This document shows, piece after piece, positions 41,456 to 54,827 of a stretch of DNA of 64,000 bases. The stretch's first letter is position 1. Each line of letters opens with the position of its first letter. A program made the translations under genes and the position numbers. The notes under the pieces were generated by a model, which saw only the letters and a list, made by a program, of their open reading frames with translations, was not told where the DNA came from and did not search any database. Source of the DNA: Octopus sinensis (lineage: Eukaryota); NCBI RefSeq assembly GCF_006345805.1, contig NC_043006.1:85002001-85066000 (forward strand). Direction: 5' to 3'.

Positions 41456-41847
41456 GGCGCAGGAGTGGCTGTGTGGTAAGCAGCTTGCTTACCAACCACA
41501 TGGTTCCGGGTTCAGTCCCACTGCGTGGCACCTTGGGCAAGTGTCTTCTACCATAGCCTCGGGCCGACCAAAGCCTTGTGAGTGGATTTGGTAGACGGAA
41601 ACTGAAAGAAGCCCGTCATATATATGTATATATACATGTGTATGTGTATATGTTTGTGTGTCTGTGTTTGCCCCCCCCAACATCACTTGACAACTGATGC
41701 TGGTGTGTTTACATCCCTTGTTTGGCAAAATATACTGATAGAATAAGTACTAGGCTTGCAAAAGAATAAGTCCTGGGGTTGATTTGCTCGACTAAAGGCG
41801 GTGCTCCCGCATGGCCGCAGTCAAATGACTGAAACAAGTAAAAGAGT
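41456..41847 (+). mobile_element. SINE family C, well-preserved full-length copy
   Basis: ggcgcaggagtggctgtgtggtaag (A box), gggttcagtccc (B box), caccttgggcaagtgtctt, microsatellite, tail gcatggccgcagtcaaatgactgaaacaagtaaaagag. Confidence 0.92.
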
Positions 41848-43434
41848 TATCATGATATAATGAAACAATTCTAAATGAAAATAGTAAAATGACTTATACA
41901 CATATACAAGAAAGCTTCTTTCAGTTTCCATCTGCTAAGTCTGCTGACAAGACAGTGGTCAGCCTAGAGCTATAGTAGAAGACACTTGCACAAGACCCTA
42001 CACAGTGGAACTGAACCTGAAGTCATGATTGGGAAGCAAACTGATAGTACTCCTGAGGAAAGTCATGACTATTACACTCCCCATTTACACCCACACTCTT
42101 CCTTAAGTTAGTAGGGAGTGTCACCGATTAAAAGTACTAATAATTCGATGTTTTTTTAAAAATAGAATAAAACCCCTACCCATTCCTATGTTTGGTTCCT
42201 TTATAAATTGTGCAAATATAAATATTTTATTGGTTTATTAGTTGGATTTGTTGCAGTTTTCTCTTCTTAACCAATGAAAGGACACGTGTGTGTGTGTGTA
42301 ATATTTTTCGATTCTTAATAACTGATAGTTAAATTTACATCAACTTAAGGTTACGGTTTTTGACTCATGAAATATAAACACTGTTTTAGTAATTCACTGA
42401 TAACCATCTGGGGTCTGTAACTTCTATCACCATGAAAGTCATGTTTGCTTAAACGCATACATTACTCTCCAGCTGGCTCCTATACGAATGCTTACTTGTA
42501 CACGTACACACACACACATGCATATATATAAATACTTAGACACATATAAATACAAACAGACAGACGCATGCATGCTATACAGCTTGGTATGTCTACTACC
42601 TTATCTTCTTCCTACAGATATCCTACTCAGTCCGGTGCTGGCATGCAAACTTTTCAGTAGTTGCCTTTATCCCATTGACCTGTTGACATCCTTGTCTAGA
42701 AGTTTTTGTCGAATATATCATCATCATCATCGTTTTAGTGTCCACATTTCCATGCTTGTATTGGTCAAGCAAAAATTGTATGAGTCAAGCAAAAATTTGT
42801 TGGAGCCAATTTTCTTTGGCTGGATGCTTTTCCTGTCCCCCAACACTCACTTGTTTCCAAGTAAAGTGATATATTTACCTTAGTCCTTCAAAAAACAAAC
42901 AGCACAGTGGCTGGGCATGTTTTAGTGTCAGATTGCAAAAAAAAGACGCTACCTGTCCACACTCACACACACACATGCACGTATATGTCCACACTCACAC
43001 ACAAGTACATGCACGTATATGTCCTGATGACAGGTAATGTTGATTTGATGGAGGAAGTGAGCTTATGCGAACAGAAACATTTGATCATTATAAACAAAAC
43101 ATCTGTGTGGTTGTTCAGCAAGAACTTGTAGAACCCTCATACATCATCTAAAATGGAAGAATCTGTGACATGTATGGAAAATACTTTTGCTTTTCAGGGC
43201 ACATCTTAATTCTAAACCAAGGAGCAGCAAAATTTTTATATGACTGACCCCTACATGGAATCATTTGATAACTTATGAATCCCTGTCATGTAAATTACTA
43301 ATAAACAATAATTCCTTTTGTGTCATTGATAAGTTTTAATAAGTAATATTTAAAGAAATTTAATGAAAATTCTTAGCAAAACTGATAAAGAACCCTAAAA
43401 ATTCAGTCACATTATGGTGATATAATCAGAATAT

Positions 43435-44028
43435 TTAACCCTTTAGCATTTTGACCATTTAAATGTATCCAGCCCCAAATTTTCTACCTGTTTTATGTTC
43501 AAACTGGCCAGATCTGGCCTCTCACACCTACCTAACAATATCATTATGAAAATACCTAACAATATCATTATGAAAATATATAATTACATTATTGAAATCT
43601 CAAAGCTGCAAGATAATGCATAATTAATTCAAATCAATGTGAATTAATAAGCATTATGGCTCAGTGGTTAGAGTGTTGGGCTCACAATCATGAGGTAGTG
43701 AGTTCAATTCTTGGACTGGACTGTGTATTGTGTTCTTGAGCAAAACACTTTATTTCATGTTGCTGCAGTCCATTCAGCTGTAGAAATGAGATACAATGTC
43801 ACTGGTGCCAAGCTGCATCAGCCTTTGCTTTTCCCTTGGATAACATTGGTGGCATGGAGAGGGGAGGCTGGTATGTGTGGGCGACTGCTGGTCTTCCATA
43901 AACAACCTTGCCTAGATTGTACCTTGGTGGGTAACTTTCTAAGTGCAATCCCATGGTCATTCATGACCGAAGGGGGTCTTTACCTTTTTTAACATTTGAT
44001 AGTATAATCTGGAATGCTAATAGGTTAA
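43435..44028. mobile_element. piggyBac-like MITE family P1 containing a family K SINE
   Basis: TTAA|ccctttagcatt ... aatgctaatagg|TTAA. Confidence 0.8.
43656..43987 (+). mobile_element. SINE family K, full length
   Basis: tRNA-like head tggctcagtggttagag...gagttcaattc, tgtgttcttgagcaaaacactt, tail gaccgaagggggtctttacc. Confidence 0.85.
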
Positions 44029-44609
44029 TGTTGAATATGTATTAATGTTGAATAGTGATTATTGCATTGATATTCGGCTGGAAATTAGGGAATTTTATCC
44101 TTAAATTACTGCTCTCTTCCAGTTGTAGTTCACTAATATTTCAGCATCCTTAATGCTTATTGATCCTTCAAAAAGCAACATAGACACCACCACCCTCAAA
44201 GTATATTGGGCAAAATACTCCTTAGAGGGGTAAAGGAAAATAAGTAAATATAATCACCAACAGGAATCGGTCTGCCAGTCTGATATATGCCAGATGGCCA
44301 AGATATCAACCTCTCTCCCTCTATCTATCTGTGTGTGTGTATGTGAGGTGCATACATAGCTCTGTAGTTAAGAAACTCACTTCTCAACTACATGATTTCG
44401 AGTTCAGCCCTATTGCACATTATCAATCAATTTTTTGGTAATTAATATCCAGCAATCTATTGTAATATACTGAACTCTGCATAATTTTAGAGAATTTTGT
44501 GATTTTTCATGAGCTGTAAAATTTGTCACATACAGCATATTTTATCACAATTATATAGTTGTTATTGTTCTCGTTAATATTATTATTATTACTGTTATGA
44601 TTATTATTA

Positions 44610-44825
44610 GGGCAGTGAGCTGGCAGAATCATTAGCATGTCAGGCAAAATGCTCAGCGGCATTTCATCTGTATCTACATTCTGAGTTCAAATTCTGCTGA
44701 GGTTGACTTTGCCTTTCATCCTTTCACTGTCGATGAATTAAGTACCAGTGAAACGCTGGAGTTAATGTAATTGAGTAGTCCCTTCCCATCAAATTTCAGG
44801 TCTTTTGCCTTTCGTAGAAAGGATT
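44610..44825 (+). mobile_element. SINE family M in an (ATT)n tract
   Basis: ggcagtgagctggcagaatc head, central domain and (ATT)n tail. Confidence 0.85.
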
Positions 44826-45152
44826 ATTATTATTATATTATTATTATTATTATTATTTTTGTAGTACCTATAAATTCAGAATTCCATAATTTGACACCCT
44901 TTGGATAAAATGTCTTCTACTGTAACCAGGACTAACCTGTGCTTTGTGAGTGAATTTCATTGACTGAAACTGTTGTACGAAACTCATTGTGTGTGTGAGT
45001 GTGTGTATGCGTGTGTCTGCACATGTTTGTATGTGTGTGTGTGTGTTGTCATTACTTAAGATATAATTTGTTAACATTGTCGTCAATATGAAAACATATT
45101 AAATTCAATTATTAATGGTTTTCTTTTCTCTCTTTCCTTTTTCTTTTTACAG

Positions 45153-45214
45153 AGAAGTTCACCAATCTGGGAGGATTTTACCAATAAGGCCACCAAACTG
45201 AATTCGTCACTGAA
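45153..45214 (+). CDS. MTSS1: Internal coding exon (exon 2 equivalent) of an MTSS1/MIM-family I-BAR (IMD) domain protein
   Basis: Pure polypyrimidine tract 45119-45148, then ac-AG acceptor (45151-52) and GTAAGT donor (45215-20). The 62 nt (phase 0 to 2) read RSSPIWEDFTNKATKLNSSL(K/N), aligning without gaps to human MTSS1 GSYPVWEDFINKAGKLQSQLR as I recall it. MTSS1 vs MTSS2 cannot be resolved; likely the single invertebrate MIM orthologue. Confidence 0.9.
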
Positions 45215-45804
45215 GTAAGTACCAAGAGAACAATGGTTCTTTTGTTGAGGCTTTCACACACACTACACTACACTAAACACTTGAAGTCTGGCATTAATAA
45301 TAGTTCCTTTATAAAACTACTTGTAAAGTTTGAGTACAGCTACCGCCACCACCACCACTATTTTCTTCCTCTGGTTTTCCATTAGTACATGTATATAGGA
45401 GTGACTAATCAAATGTGGTAATATGTGGTTGAATGTGTTCTTTTGTGATCTTCTAGAAAAACCTACTGAAAAAACACCCTCTTTAGTTAATGCTCATTTT
45501 CTGGCAGCAAACAACGTTTGTATCCTCTCTTCATAGTCACATGTGTCTCTGTTTGTGTGTGTGTGGTGGTGGCAGCGATGGCAGTTTGTGTGTTTGTAGG
45601 TGTGTGTGCATTTATATGGTCTTATAGGCCAAACAGTTTTTGAAAGCTTTAAATTTCATGATTAAGAAGCTCACTTTGTAACCACATGGCGCTGGGTTCA
45701 GTCCCACTGTGTGGCACCTTGGGCAAGTGTCTTTTACTATAGCATCAGCCCAGCCAAAGCATTGTGAATAGATTTGGTAGATGGAAACTGAAAGAAGCCT
45801 GCCT

Positions 45805-45841
<37 letters not shown>

Positions 45842-47743
45842 ATGTATCTGTTTATTTTGTCATAGTTTCCATGGCTGAATGCCCTTCTTAATGCTATCAG
45901 TGTACTGGGTGCCTTGATGTGGCATTGGCACAGGTGCTTTTTACATGGTGTCAGCACAAGTGTTTTTATGTGGCACTGATGCAGGTGTGTCCCTGTCTCG
46001 ACATTTGGCAACAACTGTAAACAAGCATCATCATCATACAAGCAATGTTGTTCATTTGCCATCTTCTGTGAAAACGTGTCTGGTCATAGGGAAATATTAC
46101 CTTGCTTGGAAACAGGCGGGGCATCTGGCTATAGAAAATATATGCCTTAACAAATTGCATCTGACTCCTGCAAGCTTGGAAATGTGGACATTAACCTTTA
46201 GCACACTGTTGACACATGATGTCGCCATGCAAGTTTTCTCCCTTCTCAATACAATACAATGTGCCTGCAACTACAGGGGAGAAAACTGGTACAATACCAT
46301 GATGTGCCTAAGTGTTTAAAAGGATTGACGAAGATGAAGGTTGACCTTCAAAGTAAAAAATGATGGCATGGTTTTGGTTTTTTTTTTTTTTTTTTTTTTT
46401 TTTTGATGGTGGAAATTATATTTTGTAATGTTTGCTCTCTCAGTTGATTTCCTTCACCTGACCCATTAATTGTACAAGAGGAAATACTTAACATAATGGT
46501 ATTTTTTTCTCTCTATTCTATAGCACAAATTCTCTCTAGGCCCACAAAATTAGTTTTCTCCATCTGTTCTTATCTTTGTTCATTTCTTGTTCACTTCCAT
46601 ACAAATACTTTCCTTGATCAATCTTAATTGAGAAATTTCTTTGCAACAGAATTGAGAATCCAACATGATAGTTACTTCAATGGATATACAGTCAAATTTC
46701 AGAGGAATTAGCTGCAAATATCAACTGTGACATCTGTGTATCTGCCTAATAGTCTTCATGGTTACCAACAGATAATACCTAGCAACAGGCTTTTTGTATA
46801 AAAGTACTTTCAGTTTGTACACATACATAAAAAGAGAAAGAAGATAACTGCCGTTGCTTTCTCTGTGAATGTACCATGACCTCATTGCTTCTCACATTCA
46901 TAATTTTTCTTTGAATAATTGAAGAACTATTCCCATATTTTCTCTTATGAATGACATTAATGCCTCTAATATCCAGTTCTTATTTTGTTTTTCCAATTCC
47001 TCTTCTTCCTTACGTATATTCCTCATTCAATCTGATCATTTGAAGGTGGTTGTTTTTGTTTTTTTGTTTTCCCCCTTTTTTTTTTTGTCCTGTATCATAT
47101 TTTCATTAATCTGATACTACACTCCTAATGGGAATCATTTTAAAACAAAATTGAAGGTTCTTTAAAATTTATTCTGGTCATCAGTATCCATAACTATGGT
47201 GCTGCCACCTACACAACAAAATCTGATCAGGCCATTTATAGAAATCAGTTGAGAGTGTCTCATGATTACATGAAAGTACAAGGCCTCAAGGTTATGGTAT
47301 TCAGCTCATAATCATAAGGCCATAGATTCAATTCCTGGACTAGCCAATGCATTGTGTCCTTAAGCAAGCCACTTTATTTCACTTTTCACTGGTCTGCTCA
47401 GCTATAAATAACTACCAGCTAGGTGCTGCTGGTGCATCTCTCTCCCTCCCTCCCCCTCGGCTTTCGCTTCCTTTCAGTTTCTTGTTACCAATTGCTCAAG
47501 TCAAGGTTTTTTTCTTCTCATATGCTGCCCAATGAACTGAGCCTGTTTCCTCCTTATTTCTGGTGGTCTTTGCTTATCTAAGGACCTTTGCTCATCTTAG
47601 GACCTTGGTGTTTGTCACTGAATCTGCATAGGACTCTTTCAACATTCTTCAATGTTTTTTTTCCTCCTCTTTTTTTTTCATTTTTATTTGTATCTGCCAT
47701 GATAGTATGGGTTAGACTCACACTAACGTGGAAAATGGATAGT

Positions 47744-47847
47744 TTAGACTTCTTGCATAGATTAGACTGCTAACATAGCTTAGACTGTGAACATAAGTTA
47801 TACTGCTAGCACAGATTAGACTGAGCATGGGTTATACTGCTTACATA
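47744..47847. repeat. Degenerate 18-bp minisatellite, about 6 units (tta(g/t)actgct.acatag.)
   Basis: ttagacttcttgcataga / ttagactgctaacatagc / ttagactgtgaacataag / ttatactgctagcacaga / ttagactgagcatggg / ttatactgcttacata. Confidence 0.8.
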
Positions 47848-48296
47848 TTCTGAAAAACTATATTTAGTAATGATATGCTTTGATGCTTTACCTAATATTC
47901 AAAATAATAATAACTATGGTTATTATTATTTTGAATATTAAGGTAGGCAATCTTCCTTTCCATAAGTCATTGATATCTGAAGCTTTGTAACTCTCTGTGA
48001 CTTACATATGTTACAGCACTCTCTTAGTTTCTTCATTCAAAATTTTTTAGATGTTCTCTGGAGATCTACCAAAGTTGGTTCTTCTTTTCTTCAAGTAACC
48101 AACTGTCATTATTAGTCACTTTAAACCTATTGAGAAGTGTGTAGATGTGATGAAGTGACTTTTTTTTTTTTTTTGTTAAAACAGGAGAATATAACAAACA
48201 TCACCTTTTGTGAAAGGAGTGAACGTATGGGTGTCACTTCAAAATACTAGCAGTGGATATGATGATGTCAGGTTTGGAAGACATGGTATGGATTGA

Positions 48297-48530
48297 GAAG
48301 GCAGCGAGTTGGCAGAAACGTTAGCACGCTGGGCAAAATGCTTAGCGATATTTCGTCTGCCGCTATGTTCTGAGTTCAAATTCTGCCGAGGTCGACTTTG
48401 CCTTTCATCCTTTTGGAGTCAATAAATTAAGTACCAGTTACACACTGGTGTTGATATAATCGACTTAATCCGTTTGTCTGCCCTTGTTTGTCCTCTCTGT
48501 GTTTAGCCCCTTGTGGGTAGTAAAGAAATA
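48297..48530 (+). mobile_element. SINE family M with 12-bp TSD
   Basis: TSD ggtatggattga at 48285-48296 and 48531-48542. Confidence 0.9.
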
Positions 48531-48619
48531 GGTATGGATTGACTTATCTAATATAAAGGATATATAAACTTCTGAACTTAGCTGATGATGTTTAATGATC
48601 AAAGAAAGTGTGTCTCTTT

Positions 48620-49007
48620 TTAGTGGCATTCTGGGAGTATGTCTTTAATACAGGCTTTAGCAAAGTTAAAAATATGTTACTTGGCAGGGTCCATTGCTCA
48701 AAAATCCGGAAGTCTCCCCAGGTCAAGCTGCTACTTTTTCACATTAAGAGGTCGTAGTTTCTTTATTATGGTTGTTTCACTGGAAAGAATCACAAGACAA
48801 ATTCTTCAAGCTGAGCCACCTGGCAGAAGACGTAGGAACAAACCAAGGAGATGATTGGATAATAACCAAAGTCTCAGTTGTTATGCTTGGAAATCCAGTC
48901 AAAAATTGTAATGATGGTTGCTTCTGATATGACCCTGTGGTCACAGTATCTGAGAACTCTACTCAATGACCTTCCCAAGTATAATGAGCGAGAAAATGGG
49001 TGGATGG
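48620..49007 (+). mobile_element. RTE-clade LINE 3' fragment (older)
   Basis: LERITRQILQAEPPGRRRRNKPRR*LDN resembles the 27780 fragment; tail aaaatgggtggatgg. Confidence 0.7.
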
Positions 49008-52000
49008 AAAAATATAAAGTAAATTCATGGAATGTATGCAGATCAGTGAGAATCCCAACAACATATCTATTGATTTTTTAAAAATTCTTTCTATTAAATT
49101 TGAATCTGAATATTTGATCGCTGTTGTTTTTCATCACCAGAGAACATCTCCTCCCTTTTGGTGATGTATGTTCATAACATGTGTTTCACTAGTTCACCGG
49201 TATAAAATGAACTTGAAGACATTGTGCTGTTTCAACCTTGTTCTGTGTCTTCTCAGTCAAAGTTACTTTACCAGACTGAGTCTCACAAGAACACCAGTCC
49301 TTGTTTATAGGAATGAGCAAACAAATTATTTTATGATGCATGTTGATGTCTGTCAATCAGATAATAATTCATGGGGTGCAATCAGAACAGCAAGAATCCA
49401 AACAATAACATATCCTTTCTTAATATGTTCCGGATGGTTCAAACATAAATAACTGATTGCTGTTGTTCCAATGAATCACACGTTAGGAAAATATTCTCCA
49501 CCGGTGAAAAACAACAATAATCATATATCCATTTTTGCATCTACCAGAACATACCAAGAATGAATTATAATATGAAGCTTCCAGGTAAAACACATCTGGA
49601 ATTTGTGAGTCTTAACCTATATATTGTATAGGAAATAGTAACAAGAAAAGGTTTGATTTGTTTTGTATTTTTATGTCTGATTCTTTGATGAACATTTTAT
49701 AAAAGAAAATCTTTATTCGTGCTCTATATTTCCTGTAGCTAGTCTCTAAATTTTAACATCCTTGCCATAAATCTTTGATATTTTGCTTTCACCTCTTAGC
49801 AGTTTAATAGTGAAGAATTGTTGCAAGTGCCATAGTGTAATAGAGATAAGCTTTTGGCAATCTGAATCTTTCAAAGCTCTTTTGACTGTTGATTGAAACC
49901 AATTCTTTGTGTCCTAATGTATTTTGGAAACACATGATCATTGCACTTTTCCAATTCACATCACCTAAAGCAGCACCTTTATGAAAGAGTAAGAATAAAA
50001 TGGTAGCAGCGCTGATAAAGCAATCATAAAAACATTTGTCTTGAGCATTGGTGAAAGTGTTCATCTTGAAATTATTCTTGCTTTCATCTTTTCTTCACGT
50101 TTCTTTTCCTTCTTTAATCTGCTTTAAACCAAAAAGTATATTAAAAGGGTAGTCTTTTGTTATTCCCATTCCCTTGCTTCCTTTACAAGATGCTCATAAC
50201 ATCCACTACAAGATTTCCGAAGAGCACATAAAACAGATACACACACACGTTTTATTTTATTTCTTATACCATTTTGCAAATGCTAAGCATTGTCGGTTAC
50301 AGGATTTCAACAGGTCGGTCACAGATTCCCTGCATTTATGATGCAGAGAACAACAAGGGAATGTCGCAGCAACTCAGGTGGAATAAGATATTAATAGTTT
50401 TATCAGTTTTCTTGCTGATCTTTACATCTTTCATCAATTCACATCACTTACAATACAACAACACAGTTTCTGTCTACCAAATTTTATGCTCAAGGCTTTG
50501 GTTTCACAGAGACTATTTGTATAAAGGCACTTAGCCAAAGTGTTCAATGCTGGCATTAGCATCCAACTCAGAACAATGTTGTTGCAAAGCAAACTTCTTA
50601 ACCATACAGCCATAACTTATATATATATAAGCATCAACAAGTGATATATTCATGTATATCTTAATATCCAAGTAAGTTGTTTTTGATGACAGCAGAAAGG
50701 GTGTTGGATGTTGTTTTATAAAGACAACAGGTTTGGCTGTGTGGTTTAACAATTTCGCTTCACAGCCTCATGATTTGGGGTTCAATCCCACTGTGTGGTA
50801 CCGTGACCCAGTGTCTTCTGCTTAGGAGTGGATTTGGTAGATGGAGAAGAAAAGAAGCCCTTTGTGTGTGTGTGTGTATTGACATCATGTGTTGATTGTA
50901 AAGAAGTATCACTGCTGTATTTTCCAATCTTCCATGGAAACATGTCAGGACATGCAAAAATATTACTTTGTTTGGAGACAGTTGAAGGTTGGTGACTGGA
51001 TGGGTACCCAGCTGTAGAAAATTTGCCTCAGGATTGTGTACCTGTATCATTGAATCAAGAACTGTCATAATGGGATGGTAGAAAACATAAGGTCCCATAT
51101 TATTCCCTTATTTCAACAGAAAGTTGGTAACAAAAGGGATTAAAGTGATCTAGTTTTAAACATGTTAATTTATATACCAAACATTAACATTTCATCAATA
51201 TTTTATGTTAATTTATGTACCAAATACCAGCTTAACAATGACAATTATTATCCTAAATTCTTCACTATTTTAAAAATTAATTGAAACAAAAGCAATCTAT
51301 TTCAACAAAAATATTGTAATATAAGGGTTGACTATTTAAGCATGTCCAAACTGTTGCAGGCTTGTGACTAATTCAAAGCCTTAATTATAACACCCCTCTC
51401 TCTCTCCTTCATATTCCTCTTTTTCTTTCTCTCTCCTAAACACTTTCGTGTGACTCCTTCACTTATCTTCATGCTCTATTAAAAGGGAAAAACCTTCATG
51501 CTCTAAATATGTAAGGAAAACTGGAATAAGATGTCTATCTCTTAGTATTAAACATATTGACATTTTGTTACCCACCTCTAAGATAGGTGGGGTGGCGACA
51601 AAAAGGGATGGAAGGAAGGAAGAAGGCACTAACAACTTAAGACTAGTGGAATCTACTTAAATCTAAGGCATAGTTCAAGGTGCCAATGTTGTTAATAATG
51701 ACTGTTGCATCACCTTTAAAGGACCACTGACTAACCCTTTTCTAATAAGGGGTTCCCCCTCTTGACATTATATAACCACTTATGTCAAGTTAACATCTTT
51801 TGGGTATTTTGCAGTATTCTCATGGACACACAGACAAACACAGACAGATTTAACCTCTTTTTTTTTTTACCCAATTTTGAAAAAAAAAAGAAATAGGTAT
51901 TTTGTCTTGCTGTTCTGAGTTCAAATGACGCTGGGGTCGACTTTGCTTTCATCCTCTCGGGGTCAATAAATTAAGTACCAGTGGAATACTGAGGTCATAG

Positions 52001-52420
52001 AAAGGATTATTGTTATTATTGCTCTGTATATATTAAGTTCAAATGCCACAGAGATCAACTTTGCCTTGTACAAGATCGATAAAACAAATTATCAGTCAGT
52101 TATTCAGGTCAATGGTATCGGCTAGTCCACTTCACTGAATTTCAGGTTGTCTGCCTATCTTACAAACAATTGCTGTTGTTGAAGCTGTATCAGTGGCTCA
52201 AGACGGAAAAGGTTTGTGCAAATGCACTTATCATATCTGATAAGTTGTTTGCACGAAGGTGTTGCCTCTTAGTGCTTCAGCTGTAATTAAACCAATATCT
52301 TGCACTCTGCTACATGTGTTCAGTTCTCTGTCTTATTTGCACATTCTGCTGCGTGTGTGAGAGAGAGAGAGAGAAAATGAGCCATGTTTGAATTAAATGC
52401 TAATCATTACAAGAAACTTT

Positions 52421-52816
52421 GGGATATTTTCGGTTTGAACGGCAGTTTTTTAAATAATTTCCACGTAACTAAACACTTTTAAACTTCGTATACTGGTAGA
52501 ATGTGTTTATAAAACATCTTTTTCTCTTGGCTTTAATTGAGAAAATTCTACAGTTTGTAAGATATTTGTTGTTGTTTTTTTCTTTAATTTCTGCAATTTC
52601 AACCAATCAATGACGTCTATTGAGGTGAAAAACATTCTGTGCCATATGAATATGTTTAAGAAACAGATTGGGTTTATTTACATTTGTGAAGAAAAAAAGA
52701 TACCCCTAACCCTAAAACAGACTGAAATGCAATAGATCGATACTAGGTCATAATTATGGGTGACAATTTCATATGACACCGCTAGAAAAATCTGCCGTTC
52801 AAACCGAAAAGATCCC
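52421..52816. mobile_element. MITE with ~30-bp TIRs and GGG...CCC termini (superfamily unresolved)
   Basis: gggatattttcggtttgaacggcagttttt / aaaaatctgccgttcaaaccgaaaagatccc. Confidence 0.88.
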
Positions 52817-53333
52817 ACTCTGCTACATGTGTTCGGTTCTTTGTCATATTTGCACATTCCTCTGCGCGTGTGTGTATGTGAGAGAGAGAGAGAAAACGAG
52901 CCATGTTTGAATTAAATGCTAATCATTACAAGAAACTTTGTTTTAAAAATTCGTTGATTTTTTCTGGTTGGTATTCCCCCATTTTTGTTTATTTGTGTAG
53001 GTGGGAGAGGAAGAAGGGGGAAAAAACGAGATAAGTGTGAGCATACGTGCACGTGTGAGTAGGTGCAAGTGTTGTGTGTGTACGCGCGTGTGTGTTCTTT
53101 GTTTCTTTATTAGTCTTTGTCAATTGTTCCAGAATGTTATCAGTAGCATAGAAAATAATAATAATAATAATAATGATACGGAAGCTAGCTAGCGAGTGCG
53201 CTTGCTTAAATAGCCTTATTATCTTTAAATAATGTCTGAAGCTGTTACCATTGAAATTACACCGTCATGAATCAATTATATGAAAACATAAAGTTCTGCA
53301 CATTTTTATTCAGTGGAATTTCTCTTGAAAAGG

Positions 53334-53369
<36 letters not shown>

Positions 53370-54371
53370 CTAGAACTTGAAAGGGAAATTACCGCTAAAC
53401 CAACTGTAAAGCAATTTCTTTCCCTAATCAATAAGAGGATGCTGTTATTATTTCTTGGGAAGACAATAGAAAAAGTCGAAAATAACAACCAGAATAGTGC
53501 TCTCCAAAAACTATTTAGTAACTGGCTGAGGGTTTATTTTTGTTTGTTAGTTTGTTGTGTTGTGTTGTGTTGTTTTGTTTGTTTTTTTTATGTTATGACT
53601 CGGAAAGATACAAGTTTGTTTTTGTATATTTTAAAATTCTTTAACAAACTAGCTTTCCCGATAGAATTCTGTTTGTTTTGTACACAGATACATATAACAC
53701 AATATACACACCGCACAAAATACACAATACATACACACACGTTTATTTTAAATTGTAATTCTACAGACATTCCATTGAGTTATTTAATTACAAGATTTAA
53801 AAATAAGGGAATTTGAAATGATCCTGAAATATTCAAGAATGAAAAGGCTTTCTTTCTGTCTGTCTTTCTTTTGTTAACTAAACCATTTCATAATTTTGTG
53901 GAAATCTCTTGATTAAATTTTTTTCTTTCAATATTTAATTGATCAGCTTTCATTGTCTGGGCCTAAGAAAGGGGGGAGGTTTTACTTCGGGTATTGATAA
54001 GCACCCCAGAGAACTAAGAAGAGATGATGCATGGATATGTGATGGGTACTTGCTATAAAAGCACACACACGCACATGCACTCACAAACCCCATCCTTTGT
54101 ACATTTACAAAGAGGCCCTGGGGCCTAAAAGCGGTCTTGTTTCACATTTCAAATTTTCTCTTGGAGGTTCGGTTTATTAGTATTTTTTTCCTTCCATATC
54201 ATTAACAGTTCTAGCATTTATTATCATCATCATCATTTTCACATCTATTTGCAATACTGGCATGTGTTGGACAATTCAACAAGATCTAACAGTCCAGCGG
54301 ACCATATCTGGATCCAGTATCTCAGCTTTTGCATGGTTTCTATGGCTGGATGCCCTTCCTAATGCAAACCA

Positions 54372-54650
54372 TTTACTTGTTTCAATCATTTGACTGCAGC
54401 CATGCTGGAGTACTGCCTTTAGTCAAGCCTAGCACCCTTTTGCCGTACCGCTAAGTTACGGGGACGTAAGCACACCATTGTTTGTTGTTAAGCGATGGTG
54501 GGGGACAAACAGACAGACACACACACACACACATATATACGCGCGTGCACGACAGGCTTCTTTCAGTTTCCGTCTACCAAATCCACTCACAAGGCTTTGG
54601 TCGACTCGAGGCTATAGTAGAAGACAATTGCCCAAGGTGCCACGCAGGGG
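54372..54650 (-). mobile_element. SINE family C nested in a family R remnant
   Basis: Tail-to-head match; host R sequence at 54225-54372 resumes at about 54650. Confidence 0.8.
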
Positions 54651-54827
54651 TGTTTTTCCATGACACCAGCACTAGTGAGGTTACTATGTAACTCACAATT
54701 CTTAAAGATACTCCCCCAGCTGGTTGTGAGTATAGTAGAGAGGGATGTGGTATTATACTGATAAAAAGAACTGGAAAGGGTTTGTTGGTGTAGAAGAGAT
54801 ATATAGCTACCTCGTATTATATAAAGG

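Noticed and set aside
43656-43730. tRNA-like sequences (also 41456, 1347 and other SINE heads)
   Set aside because: A/B boxes are present but there is no complete cloverleaf, and each continues into a SINE body; not tRNA genes.
46700-46757. Possible pre-miRNA-like hairpin
   Set aside because: Pairing is too interrupted and matches no miRNA I recognise.
50310-50380. Possible AG...GT exon as MTSS1 exon 3
   Set aside because: The required frame hits TGA and does not encode AFLDAFQKVAD.
52704-52715. ccctaaccctaa telomere-type repeat
   Set aside because: Only two units, internal to a MITE; not an interstitial telomere.
53110-53150. Peptide LCQLFQNVISS resembling MTSS1 exon 1 (LGGLFQTIISDMK)
   Set aside because: Lies downstream of exon 2, lacks ECSA and DMK, has no donor site and runs into (AAT)n; coincidental.
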